Of a stretch of 64,000 nt of DNA, positions 29,162 to 38,217 are shown piece after piece. This DNA comes from Leptonemataceae bacterium. Its GTDB lineage: Bacteria; Spirochaetota; Leptospiria; Leptospirales; Leptonemataceae. Numbering within the stretch: the stretch's first letter is position 1; every line of letters begins with the position of its first letter. Made by a program: the position numbers and the translations under genes. The notes below the pieces were generated by a model. That model did not search any database. It was not told where the DNA came from and was given only the letters and a program-made list of their open reading frames with translations. The stretch covers positions 5,728,001 to 5,792,000 of the forward strand of contig OZ245742.1 in assembly GCA_965227295.1 (NCBI GenBank). The letters are read 5' to 3'.

Positions 29162-29500
29162 TCAGCAAGGTCGCCCGGCGCGCCGGGATCAGCACCACGG
29201 CCATCTATCGTCACTACGAATCCAAAGAGGCTCTGCTGGCCGCCGTGGGGGAACAGGGATTTCGCATGCTGGGCGGAAGTGCGGCGGCATTGCGGACCGC
29301 AGGGCCTATCCGGACTTTGAGACCGCCGGGCGTGAGAGCTTCGCCCGCCTCATAGAAACCGTGAAACTCTTGCAGAATGACGGCTACTTTCGCCGGGGAC
29401 GCCCGCTGCTGACAGCCTTCGCCGTGTGGAGCGCTCTGCACGGCCTGGTCAACCTGTATCGCGAAGATCTCGGCCCGGAATCGGATCAGGGAGACGAACC
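29158..29500 (+). pseudogene. TetR-family regulator remnant (HTH + WHG-type C-terminus)
   Basis: LSKVARRAGISTTAIYRHYESKEALL lacks helix 1; C-terminal AFAVWSALHGLVNL lies in another frame. Confidence 0.75.
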
Positions 29501-29514
29501 GGAACGCATCGCCG

Positions 29515-29845
29515 TGAGTGACCCGTACTCCGGCCTGCCGATTCTGCCGCTGCCGTCCGCCACGGAGTTGCCTCAGCCCGAGGGTAGCGCCGCCGATTAC
29601 ACCATGACCATCAACGACGTGCGCGGCCGTAAGCCGTCCGCGTTCAAAAGCTGGAATTCACGGCCAACGCGCGATCTTACAGCGTGCCGGTGGACACGCG
29701 AGATCTGCTGAAGATCGATCGCAGCATCGAAATGCGCAGCACCGCCACGTCGCTGTCGGCCGGCGAGGCCCCCGCCGACAGCGACGGTGACGGCATTCCG
29801 GATTCCGTGGACGACTTCCCGAACGATCCACGACGCGCCACTACG
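29515..29845 (+). pseudogene. remnant of an LruC-type lipoprotein paralogue
   Basis: YTMTINDVRG and VDTRDLLKIDRSIEM...DSDGDGIPDSVDDFPNDPRRAT align by eye with FSIQIDDLVG and VDLTMVQEIRRTLNIM...DRDGDGIPDDQDHYPDDPTRAT of the gene at 38218-39552. Confidence 0.65.
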
Positions 29846-29974
29846 AAGGCGGCAACGGCCCGTCGGCCGGAGACCTCCTGGAAACGGTAACGGATCGCGT
29901 CGATGCCTTCACGGACGTGGCGCTTACCGCGCGCAGCGATCGTACCATCACCTCGCAGAACGCCCGGCCGGGGC

Positions 29975-31777
29975 GGGCACTACGTTCCCATCGGCTCCAT
30001 CTACGACATCAGTCCGAACGGCGGCGGCTCGATCACCTTTGCCGGCGAGCCCGCGCGCATCGAGTACTCTTACAACGAAGCCAGCCTGCGCGACGCGGGT
30101 TACTTTAGAAGAATTCGCCGCCTACTACTACGACGCACTGAGCGATTCCTGGAAGCCGGTGGATCGCGTCGTCGCCGATCCCGAAAACGATCGGGTCGTC
30201 GTGTATACTTCGCATCTGACGCCGTTTGTGTTGGCCGCCCTGCCCGCGAACATCGGCGGCAACACCGCCGCGGGTCCCGGCTGTCTCGCGGCGGCGGGTT
30301 TTACGGATACCGGCTACGTCGTGGAAACGACGGACGCCGTTCAATTTGTGGGTCGCCGTCTCCGGCGACGGACTACGCCGGCATGGTCATCCGCCGTTCG
30401 ACGACAACCTATCCCCTGGACATCAACGAGGGCGAAGCGGTGAACGGTACGCAGTTGCATGCCCAGGCCTTCCGCGACGAAGGCCTTACGGTGGATACGC
30501 AATACTTCTACACGTTATTCGCTCTCGATGTAAACAACAACTATCTGAAACCGGGGGGCTACGTCTCCATTCGCACGCGCGCGGACAGCGACGGCGACGG
30601 GTTGAACGATAACTACGAGAACTCTTACAACTATGCGTTGATCTTCCCGGGCAGTCCGCTGCCGAACCAGAGCTGCGCGGCGGCTCCGTGTCCGGGCGGC
30701 GTCGATCCCACGGACACCGACGGTGACGGCATCGGTGACGGCATCGGTGACGGCATCGGCGACGGCCTCGAGGTCGCCGCGGGCACCGATCCCACGAACC
30801 CGGAGACCAACGCTCCGGTGATTACGGACTTCAGCCGCACTTCGCCGGCCCAGGGAGTGAGCGCAACGGTGAACTTCACACTGAGCGCGAATGATGACTC
30901 GGCCGTAACCGGATATCAGTTTACATTAACAGACGATGCGCCGCTCGCGACACACTCCGTGTGGACCGGCACTCTGCCGACGAGTTTCGCGGTGCCCTCG
31001 GATCCGGGTGTCTATCAGATCTACGCGTGGGTCCGCGACGTCGCGGAACGGCCGATCTTACCGTCGAAGCCGGCTTTGGTACCGGCACGGACCCGACCAC
31101 GTACACCTACGTGCCCATCGCCCACGATCCCGGCGGTCAGGTTTCTTTCTTTAATAACTTCCCGTATGCCGGCAACCTCTACGCCGTGGAACCGCCGGAG
31201 GGCACGTATCGTTTCGTCACCCGTGTCCGTCGCACGGACGAACCCTACGCCTGGACCTACTGCGATAACAACTTCGAACGCGGCCCGGTCATTCCGGAGG
31301 ACATCGGCACGCTGGAAGTGCGCAGCCTGCCCACGGCCTCCGGGATTTTTGCCGTATCTCAAGAAGAGAACAACGGCATCGAAGTCTACTGGAACCCGGC
31401 CGTCGGCGCGGACGGATATACCATCTACTACGACACGACACCGGGGCTGAGCACGTCTTCGCCGTCGGTCTCCATCGCGAGCGGAACCGCAAGCGTCATC
31501 ACCGGGCTCACTCCTGGCACGACTTACTATGTCGCCGTGGCCGCCACCTTCGGCGGGCTGCCGGGACCGCTCTCCGCGGAAACCAGTGCCGTGGCCGGAA
31601 AAAACCTGGTGCACTAAGGAAGGCACCGCCTATGCAACACCGCCGGCGCCGGGAACCTACACTGTCCTCACCCGCGCGCGCCGGGCGGACCAGCCGGGCG
31701 CCTGGAGATACTGCGATGCAAACGTGGCGCTGCCGTTCGACTACGCCGACATCACGATCATGACGGTGGCGCCGTAG
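29975..31777 (+). pseudogene. fragmented large surface protein (ZU5-like, TSP3-like Ca-binding, Ig-like and FN3 pieces)
   Basis: Domain fragments switch among three frames: YDISP...SHLTPFV, DSDGDGLND...DTDGDGIGDG, YAWVRD, GLTPGTTYYVAVAA. Confidence 0.65.
30721..30766 (+). repeat. 12-bp tandem repeat CGGTGACGGCAT x3 plus a partial 4th copy
   Basis: Read directly; encodes (DGIG)n. Confidence 0.9.
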
Positions 31778-31899
31778 CTTGCGGACGGAGCGGCAGCGGA
31801 TCCTCCTAACAATTCCCTAACAAAGTAGTCCTTTCAGGCAGGGCATCTAGACCGCGGGTCGTATTGTAAACTTTTGCCAATCGGGTAGATTTCAGGACA

Positions 31900-33894
31900 A
31901 TGGATCTTCCCGGATCATCTTTGTTTCTGAAGACGTTTCGCTTCACCATTCGAGTGAAGTTACTGCTTGTGACGAGCGTGATCGTGACCACGGCTCTCGT
32001 TGTCATGATTACGTTCGCCACGCAGTTTTTTCGCGAGCACAGCGAAACGGTCATTCAGGAGTACAACCTCAGCCTGGCCCAACTGATCGGCCGCAAAGTA
32101 GAAGGCGATCTCCGGGAAACCGCCGAGCGCTCGCGTTTCCTGGCGCAGCTCCTGGACGAGCCGGCGATTTCGGACGAACGCCTGCAAACTTACGCCGGGC
32201 AATTGTTTGCAGACGATGCCGGATGTATCTTCGTCGCCGTCGGTGAACGCAGCGGCGACAACCTGGTTCTCCGCTATACCTGGAAAAACCCCGCCTTCGA
32301 TGCGCCCGCAGAATCCGTACAGGATCTACGCACGCTCATTACCGGTCCCGGCAAACTCACGAACGTTTACTCCGCCGCCCTGGCCGGGACCGTCTCCGTA
32401 CGAAACATCTCGGCCGAAGCCGGCTTTCCGTTGCTGGCCCTCGGACTGCCGGCAAACGCCGACGGCCGGGCCGGCAATCGCGTGCTGATCATCCTGCTCG
32501 ACTCCAACGGTTTGCTGCGTACGTTTCAGGAAACCGGACGCACCGAACTCTTTGATCTGTTCATGGTCAACGAAACCGGACGCATCCTGGCGCACTCCGA
32601 TCCGGCCATGACCGCCGCCGGCACCAACGCCGGCGACGTTCCCATTGTCGCCACGCTTCTGGGGAACGGCAGCGTGAACGGCTCCCAGAAGTACGCCTAC
32701 GATGGCGTCCTTCAGCGCACGACGAACCCAGGAACGCAGGAATACCTGGGAAGCTACCAGCACCTGGACTTCGGACGTCTGGCGGTGGTATCCACGGTGG
32801 AAGCGGATCGGGTCTTCGAAGCGGTGTACGCGATTCGCCGCTGGAATCTCAAACTTACGCTGATCGTACTCTTGTGCGCGTTCGTGTTCGTCTTCTTTTT
32901 CTCGCAGACACTCAGTCGACCCATCCGCCGGCTCGTAGACGCGACCCGGGAAATCGAACGCGGACACTATCACGTAGAAATCGAACCCGTGAGCCGGGAC
33001 GAGGTCGGCGTTCTTACGAAGGCTTTTCGTTCCATGGCGAAGGGCCTGGAAGAAAAGGAGCGTGTGAAGAACACGTTCGGTAAGTTCGTGAATCCGGAGA
33101 TTGTACGGAGAGCTATGGAAGGTGATCTAAAACTCGGCGGTGAGAACAAAATCAGCGCCGTTCTTTTTTCCGATCTTCGGAACTTCACGGCCATGTCCGA
33201 AAACATGCCGCCGGAACGAGTGGTGGCGGTCCTCAACGATTACTTCACGCACATGGTGGACTGCATCCATGCCCGCTTCGGCGTCGTAGATAAGTTCATC
33301 GGCGATGCGATCATGGCGCACTGGGGCGCTTTGCTTTCCAACGGCAACGATACCGAGAACGCCGTCAACGCGGCCCTGGATATGCGCGAAGCGCTGCGCC
33401 ACGTAAACGAAAATCTCGGCGTTCACAACGGCCGCGGCCCGCGCCTGCAAATCGGCATGGGCATCAACACCGGGCCGGTCCTCGCCGGACAGATCGGATC
33501 GGAAACGCGTCTCGAGTACACCGTCATTGGTGACACGGTCAACCTGGCGTCGCGCATCGAGTACTTAAACAAACACTTTGGTACGGACGTACTGATTTCG
33601 GAGTACGCCTATCGCATGGTGGAAGGTTCTTTTCACGTGGTGGAAATGCCGGCCATCCGCATCAAAGGCAAGAGCCGACCTGAAGTTGTCTACGCCGTTC
33701 TCGGTCGCCTGGAAGATGCGAATTGCCCGGAGAATCTGCACGAGTTGCGTCTGCGCTACGGCATCGATTACGATCCGGAACGCGCCATGAAGTACATGGA
33801 AGCGTCGAGCGACCAGTTCGTCAGCGAAACGGAACTCTCTCACGGCAGCCGGCGTAACGGCAAAGCCGTTCGGCCCGGAGCGAGGTCTCCATGA
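31900..33894 (+). CDS. membrane class III adenylate cyclase (Cache-like + HAMP + cyclase)
   Basis: Two TM helices; HAMP DEVGVLTKAF; LFSDLRNFT, DKFIGDAIM, GINTG, YTVIGDTVNLASRIE (Lys/Thr pattern typical of bacterial ATP-specific enzymes). Confidence 0.93.
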   Translation: MDLPGSSLFLKTFRFTIRVKLLLVTSVIVTTALVVMITFATQFFREHSETVIQEYNLSLAQLIGRKVEGDLRETAERSRFLAQLLDEPAISDERLQTYAGQLFADDAGCIFVAVGERSGDNLVLRYTWKNPAFDAPAESVQDLRTLITGPGKLTNVYSAALAGTVSVRNISAEAGFPLLALGLPANADGRAGNRVLIILLDSNGLLRTFQETGRTELFDLFMVNETGRILAHSDPAMTAAGTNAGDVPIVATLLGNGSVNGSQKYAYDGVLQRTTNPGTQEYLGSYQHLDFGRLAVVSTVEADRVFEAVYAIRRWNLKLTLIVLLCAFVFVFFFSQTLSRPIRRLVDATREIERGHYHVEIEPVSRDEVGVLTKAFRSMAKGLEEKERVKNTFGKFVNPEIVRRAMEGDLKLGGENKISAVLFSDLRNFTAMSENMPPERVVAVLNDYFTHMVDCIHARFGVVDKFIGDAIMAHWGALLSNGNDTENAVNAALDMREALRHVNENLGVHNGRGPRLQIGMGINTGPVLAGQIGSETRLEYTVIGDTVNLASRIEYLNKHFGTDVLISEYAYRMVEGSFHVVEMPAIRIKGKSRPEVVYAVLGRLEDANCPENLHELRLRYGIDYDPERAMKYMEASSDQFVSETELSHGSRRNGKAVRPGARSP

Positions 33895-35621
33895 GCGGGC
33901 CGGGCAATACCGGCGAACGGCGGGACCGCTACGTGATCGGTGTAGCGCTGTTGATCATCGGCGCCCTGGTTTACTCGCTGTACCTGGATCGTTATCGCCG
34001 CCTGGAAGCGGGCAACGCGCAATTGATCGGGGAGATGGTGCATCACTCCGGCTCGACCCGCCGCCGCTACGCCGATCGCGCGCTGTGGGAAAGCGCGTCC
34101 ACCGGCGATTCGCTCTACGATCGCAATCTGATTCACACCGGTCAAGACAGCACGTCGCATCTGCGCCTGAGCGACGGCACGCGCATTGAGCTGGGACCGC
34201 AAACATTGATTGTGTTGCACTTACGGCCCGCACCGGATCGCCCCGGGCCGGCCATTGAACTCCGCAAAGGCTCCGTGCGCGTGCATCGCCTGCGCCCGAA
34301 GAGCGCCTATCGCGGCGAGTTGATCGTTCGACACGGCGAACGCTCCGCCGGTATGAAGAACGGGAGCGTAAACTTTCAGAGCGTTTCGGCCACCGACGAT
34401 GCCGGCAACCACACGGCGGCGTTGCGGGTTCATCCGGAGCTGGGTCTCGTCCATCTGTATGACGACGGCGCAAGCGTGGACAGCATCGGCCCCGCCGAAC
34501 ATGCCCTGCTGCTGCCGAAGGAAAGCCGCGCGGATCGCCCGGCGGTGCAACTGCTGCATCCGCCGCAGGGCGCCCTGCTTTCCACGGCGGAATCGAATCT
34601 CAACGTCACCCTGCTCTGGAAACGCAACGGCGGGGAAGAGCGGCGCGGCGGAGAACTCAAGATCGCGAAGGATCCAGGTTTTACGAATGTGGTCCGACAT
34701 CGTGCTCTGAGTCCGACGTCGGTCGAAGACGGCCGCGCGGACGTGAATCTGTCGCCCGGGGTCTACTACTGGACCCTTGCCGCGAAAAACGCCGGCGACC
34801 CTGCCGTGGGATTCTTTCGCGTGCAAAGTACAACGGAAAAACACCTTACGAATCTTCAGCCGCAGCGAGTGGATGCGGAACGCATCGCTTTCCACTGGGA
34901 ACGCGACCCGCAGGCCCTCTACTATCGCCTCGAAGTTTTTTCCGGGGACGGACGATCGTTGCTGAGCAAGAAAGTACAGAGCAACTTCGCGACCCTGCGC
35001 CTCACGGCGGGGGACTATTCCTATCGCGTCAGCAGTCGGCGATCGCCCCACTCCGGCGAACCCGGCCTGGAAAGCGATGCCATGGCGTTCCGACGCCTGG
35101 AAGGCGGCGACATCGAACTACAGAATCCTCCGGAACACCGGGTCGCCGGCGTACGAGCGGAGCGCCGTCGCGTTCCGACGACATCGCGGCCGCAGACGCT
35201 GCAGTTGCTTTATCCTTACAACGGCGCCACGGTGGACATGGCCGACGTGAATGTCGTCGCGTTTCACTGGAGCAAGGGCCGGGCCGACGGTGTACGGTTT
35301 CGCCTCTACGACGTCGGCAACGGCCGCGCCCTGTTGCACGAAGAAACGGTCAACGGCAATCGACTGAACTTTCAGGACCTTCGCAAACTTACGAACGGTG
35401 GCAGTTACGAGTGGGAGCTGGAAGGTTACGGTCGCGCCCGGTTCCGCATCTCGCTCAGCGTGCAGCCGGATCGTCCCGAGTTCGTGCGCGACACGGAGGC
35501 GGAACCGTTAACGCACGCAGGCAATACCCGAAACCGGCCTGGATCATCGGCGGGGCCCTCGTCTGCGCAGCCGTGCTCTTGCTATGGCCGAGGCCCCTCG
35601 CCCCGCGGAACGCCGCGCTGA
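33891..35621 (+). CDS. FecR-domain protein with downstream Ig/FN3-like domains
   Basis: TM helix then IHTGQDSTSHLRLSDGTRIELGPQT...LRKGSV; PGVYYW; ATGA overlap with the cyclase; 3' end uncertain. Confidence 0.8.
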   Translation: MSGPGNTGERRDRYVIGVALLIIGALVYSLYLDRYRRLEAGNAQLIGEMVHHSGSTRRRYADRALWESASTGDSLYDRNLIHTGQDSTSHLRLSDGTRIELGPQTLIVLHLRPAPDRPGPAIELRKGSVRVHRLRPKSAYRGELIVRHGERSAGMKNGSVNFQSVSATDDAGNHTAALRVHPELGLVHLYDDGASVDSIGPAEHALLLPKESRADRPAVQLLHPPQGALLSTAESNLNVTLLWKRNGGEERRGGELKIAKDPGFTNVVRHRALSPTSVEDGRADVNLSPGVYYWTLAAKNAGDPAVGFFRVQSTTEKHLTNLQPQRVDAERIAFHWERDPQALYYRLEVFSGDGRSLLSKKVQSNFATLRLTAGDYSYRVSSRRSPHSGEPGLESDAMAFRRLEGGDIELQNPPEHRVAGVRAERRRVPTTSRPQTLQLLYPYNGATVDMADVNVVAFHWSKGRADGVRFRLYDVGNGRALLHEETVNGNRLNFQDLRKLTNGGSYEWELEGYGRARFRISLSVQPDRPEFVRDTEAEPLTHAGNTRNRPGSSAGPSSAQPCSCYGRGPSPRGTPR

Positions 35622-36409
35622 TCGAACGCACGGTGGAATGGCATCCCGTCCGCGGCAGTTCCGGTTATCTCATCCAGGTTCGCGGCGGGGACGGCACGCT
35701 CCTCGTCGAACGCGAGGTCTCGGATCCCCGCGCCGAACTGCTCTTAAATGAAGGTGAGTATCAGTTACGCGTCGCCTCGCTGAATAAATTCGGCGAACCG
35801 GCCTCCTGGTCCGGCTGGACCAAACTGAGCATGAGTTCCACCAGGGAACAACCCCGGCCGAAGCTGCGCCCCGCGCCGCGCGCGGGGCCGCCCCCGGAAA
35901 TCACCGAAGCTCCGACTGAAACGGAGAAAGTCGCAGAGGAAGGTTGGGGCTGGCAAATCTTCGTACCTGGTCTTACGCAATTCCAGCGCGGTCAGTGGGG
36001 ACGCGGCGGTGCGTATGTCGCCGCTTTCACGGGATTGGCCGCCGCGGGTTACGGCGCCTACCAGAGCGGCAACGGAATTGCCTCGGCGGCCGCGTCTCGA
36101 AACGTGCTCTATTTTCCGGCGGCGTTTTCGGGACAGCCGCTCTTCGCCCTCTATCTTGTGCAGGAGGATGCGGCCGGCCGTGCGACTTATGCCGGTGCCC
36201 GGGCACAGCAACGCACGGTCGGCCTGCTCGCTCTCGGCCTCTATCTCTTTCAGATTTTCGACGCCGTCTATCCGGGCCCGGACCCGGAGGTAGAGGAGCA
36301 GTCCTTCTGGAACATCGATACATTCACGAGGGCGGCACCGGCGCACTTCGCGGCCGGTCAGCAGCCCTTAGACCAGGGAGCATCGATACGTTTTACGTTT
36401 ACGTTTTAG
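35507..36409 (+). CDS. membrane/exported protein with an FN3-like N-terminal domain
   Basis: VEWHPVRGSSGYLIQV...GEYQLRVASLNKFG...WSGW, then VPGLTQF plus hydrophobic helices; start codon unclear (GTT after GGAGG). Confidence 0.7.
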   Translation, partial: VNARRQYPKPAWIIGGALVCAAVLLLWPRPLAPRNAALIERTVEWHPVRGSSGYLIQVRGGDGTLLVEREVSDPRAELLLNEGEYQLRVASLNKFGEPASWSGWTKLSMSSTREQPRPKLRPAPRAGPPPEITEAPTETEKVAEEGWGWQIFVPGLTQFQRGQWGRGGAYVAAFTGLAAAGYGAYQSGNGIASAAASRNVLYFPAAFSGQPLFALYLVQEDAAGRATYAGARAQQRTVGLLALGLYLFQIFDAVYPGPDPEVEEQSFWNIDTFTRAAPAHFAAGQQPLDQGASIRFTFTF

Positions 36410-36423
36410 TTAAGATCAAACCA

Positions 36424-37113
36424 ATGCAACTTAAGGCTTGTACATATTCTTTGCTGTTCGTCGCCGCCCTGGCAGGCGGGGCGTGTTCGCAGCCGTATCC
36501 CGACGCTCCCGACGAAGTACTCATGCTGTCCTTCTTGAGCGTCGCCCCGGCCGTGGCCGCCGCCGCCGATGCCGCGGATCCCGAGAACAACCCCATCGTG
36601 CTGAAAAAGATCTTTTACACCAGCGCAAGTTTCAACGGCAACCTGGGCGGGGTCACCGGGGCGGACGGTTTGTGCGGGGCGGACGCCAATCGTCCCGACG
36701 GCTCGACGTACCACGCAATGCTGGTCGACGGCACGAATCGCATCGCCTGCACCAACGCAAACTGTACACCCGCGAACGCAAGCGACGGAACGAACTGGGT
36801 CTTCGCTCCGAACACTACGTACTACCGTAACGTAAGCGGAACGCTGCAGCCGGTCATCACCACGAACGCGAACGCCGTCGTGGACTTCGGCTCCGCCACG
36901 CTCATGAACAACGGCTTCTCGGACAGCCCGGCGGACGAGTGGTGGACCGGCATGGGCGCGGGCTGGAACGCGCTTAACGATTGCTCGGACTGGGGCAGCG
37001 GCGGTGCCGGCAACGGCGAGACGGGAGCCGGACAGGCCGTGGACGGCGACGCCGTCGCTCTCGGAACGCCCACGTGTTTCTTAAGCTATCGTCTGGTCTG
37101 CGTGGAGCAGTGA
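36424..37113 (+). CDS. DUF1554 / Len (endostatin-like) lipoprotein
   Basis: Lipobox-like AGGAC; NGNLGGVTGADGLC, YHAMLVDGTNRIAC, WVFAPNTTYY, WTGM, CSDW, LVCVEQ*. Confidence 0.85.
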   Translation: MQLKACTYSLLFVAALAGGACSQPYPDAPDEVLMLSFLSVAPAVAAAADAADPENNPIVLKKIFYTSASFNGNLGGVTGADGLCGADANRPDGSTYHAMLVDGTNRIACTNANCTPANASDGTNWVFAPNTTYYRNVSGTLQPVITTNANAVVDFGSATLMNNGFSDSPADEWWTGMGAGWNALNDCSDWGSGGAGNGETGAGQAVDGDAVALGTPTCFLSYRLVCVEQ

Positions 37114-37116
37114 GGA

Positions 37117-37443
37117 TTATACGGGATTGACGTCGACGATCTTCGTAAATTCCACGAGTTCGAGGATCGAGTGGATTTTACTCTTAACATTTACGAAGCG
37201 AAACGTAATGCGACCGCGGCTCTTGTCCGTGATGATGCGGTACATGTTTACGAGTTCGGTGATGCCCATCGAGTTGAGGTAATCGACGTGTTTGAAGTCC
37301 ACCTCGATGGACTCCACACCGGACAGATCGTCTTCATATTCGCGCATGGCGTCGGCAATCTGACCGCTGCCGTCGATGCGGGGGACGTGGACCAGCACTG
37401 AGAGTTGCGTCCCGTCCTTCTCTTTCGTGATTTCAATATGCAT
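37117..37443 (-). CDS. STAS domain protein (anti-sigma factor antagonist-like)
   Basis: VDFKHVDYLNSMGI; ILELVEF. Confidence 0.85.
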   Translation of the reverse strand: MHIEITKEKDGTQLSVLVHVPRIDGSGQIADAMREYEDDLSGVESIEVDFKHVDYLNSMGITELVNMYRIITDKSRGRITFRFVNVKSKIHSILELVEFTKIVDVNPV

Positions 37444-37482
37444 GGGATGTTTACAGAGTGCGAAGGCGAGCCGGCGCGCCTG

Positions 37483-38148
37483 CTACGCTTCGACGAGACC
37501 GGCCTTGATGGCGTACTTCACCAGGTCGGCGACCTTGTGGACGTCCAGTTTCTTCATGATGTTCGCCCGGTGCACCTTCGCGGTCCGCGGAGAGATCCAC
37601 AGGGCTTTGGCGATTTCTTCATTGCTCATGCCCTCGGCGATGAGCTTCAGGATTTCGCGCTCCCGATTGGTGAGCACCGAAAACTGCTGCGCGATGGGAG
37701 CGTCGTTGTCCTTCCGGCCGCCGGCGCGAAAATCCGACATGACCTTCTTCGCAATGCGCGGACTGAGATACGTCTCGCCCTTCAGCACCGCCTCCACCGC
37801 GCGGAGCAAGTCGTCTCCGGCCTCTTCTTTGACGATATAGCCGTGAATGCCGTACTTCAGCAACTGATAGACGTACTCTTCGTTATCGTGCCGCGAGAGG
37901 ACGATGATCTTAATGTCCGGATGATAGCGTCGCAGCTTGCGCGTGACTTCGATGCCCGTGGTCACCGGCATGGAAATGTCCATGACCGCGATGTCCGGCT
38001 TCAATTGCTCGATGGCTTCCAGCGCCTGCTGCCCGTCTCCGGCCTCACCGACCACCTCGCAGTCAGGCAGCGTCGTGAGGATGTGCTTCAGGCCCTCACG
38101 CAGAATCGTGTGGTCGTCAGCCAGAAATATGCGAACAGGCTTGCCCAT
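37483..38148 (-). CDS. NarL/FixJ-family response regulator (REC + LuxR HTH)
   Basis: LADDH, MDISMP, LTNREREILKLIAEG, HRANIMKKL. Confidence 0.95.
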   Translation of the reverse strand: MGKPVRIFLADDHTILREGLKHILTTLPDCEVVGEAGDGQQALEAIEQLKPDIAVMDISMPVTTGIEVTRKLRRYHPDIKIIVLSRHDNEEYVYQLLKYGIHGYIVKEEAGDDLLRAVEAVLKGETYLSPRIAKKVMSDFRAGGRKDNDAPIAQQFSVLTNREREILKLIAEGMSNEEIAKALWISPRTAKVHRANIMKKLDVHKVADLVKYAIKAGLVEA

Positions 38149-38217
38149 ATCTTACAATACTATCTATCATCGGGGACAGCGGCGAAGCGGGCAAACAAAA
38201 AAAGGTTGTCCAATCGG

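Noticed and set aside
27917..29320. 467-aa Arg-rich + strand ORF
   Set aside because: Off-frame overlap with the Mpo1-like gene; low-complexity translation
28685..31800. Mobile element or prophage as the cause of the decayed region
   Set aside because: No transposase, integrase, terminal inverted repeats or target duplication seen
35944..36423. N-terminal extension of the DUF1554 ORF
   Set aside because: Overlaps the upstream gene out of frame; the signal peptide starts at ATG 36424
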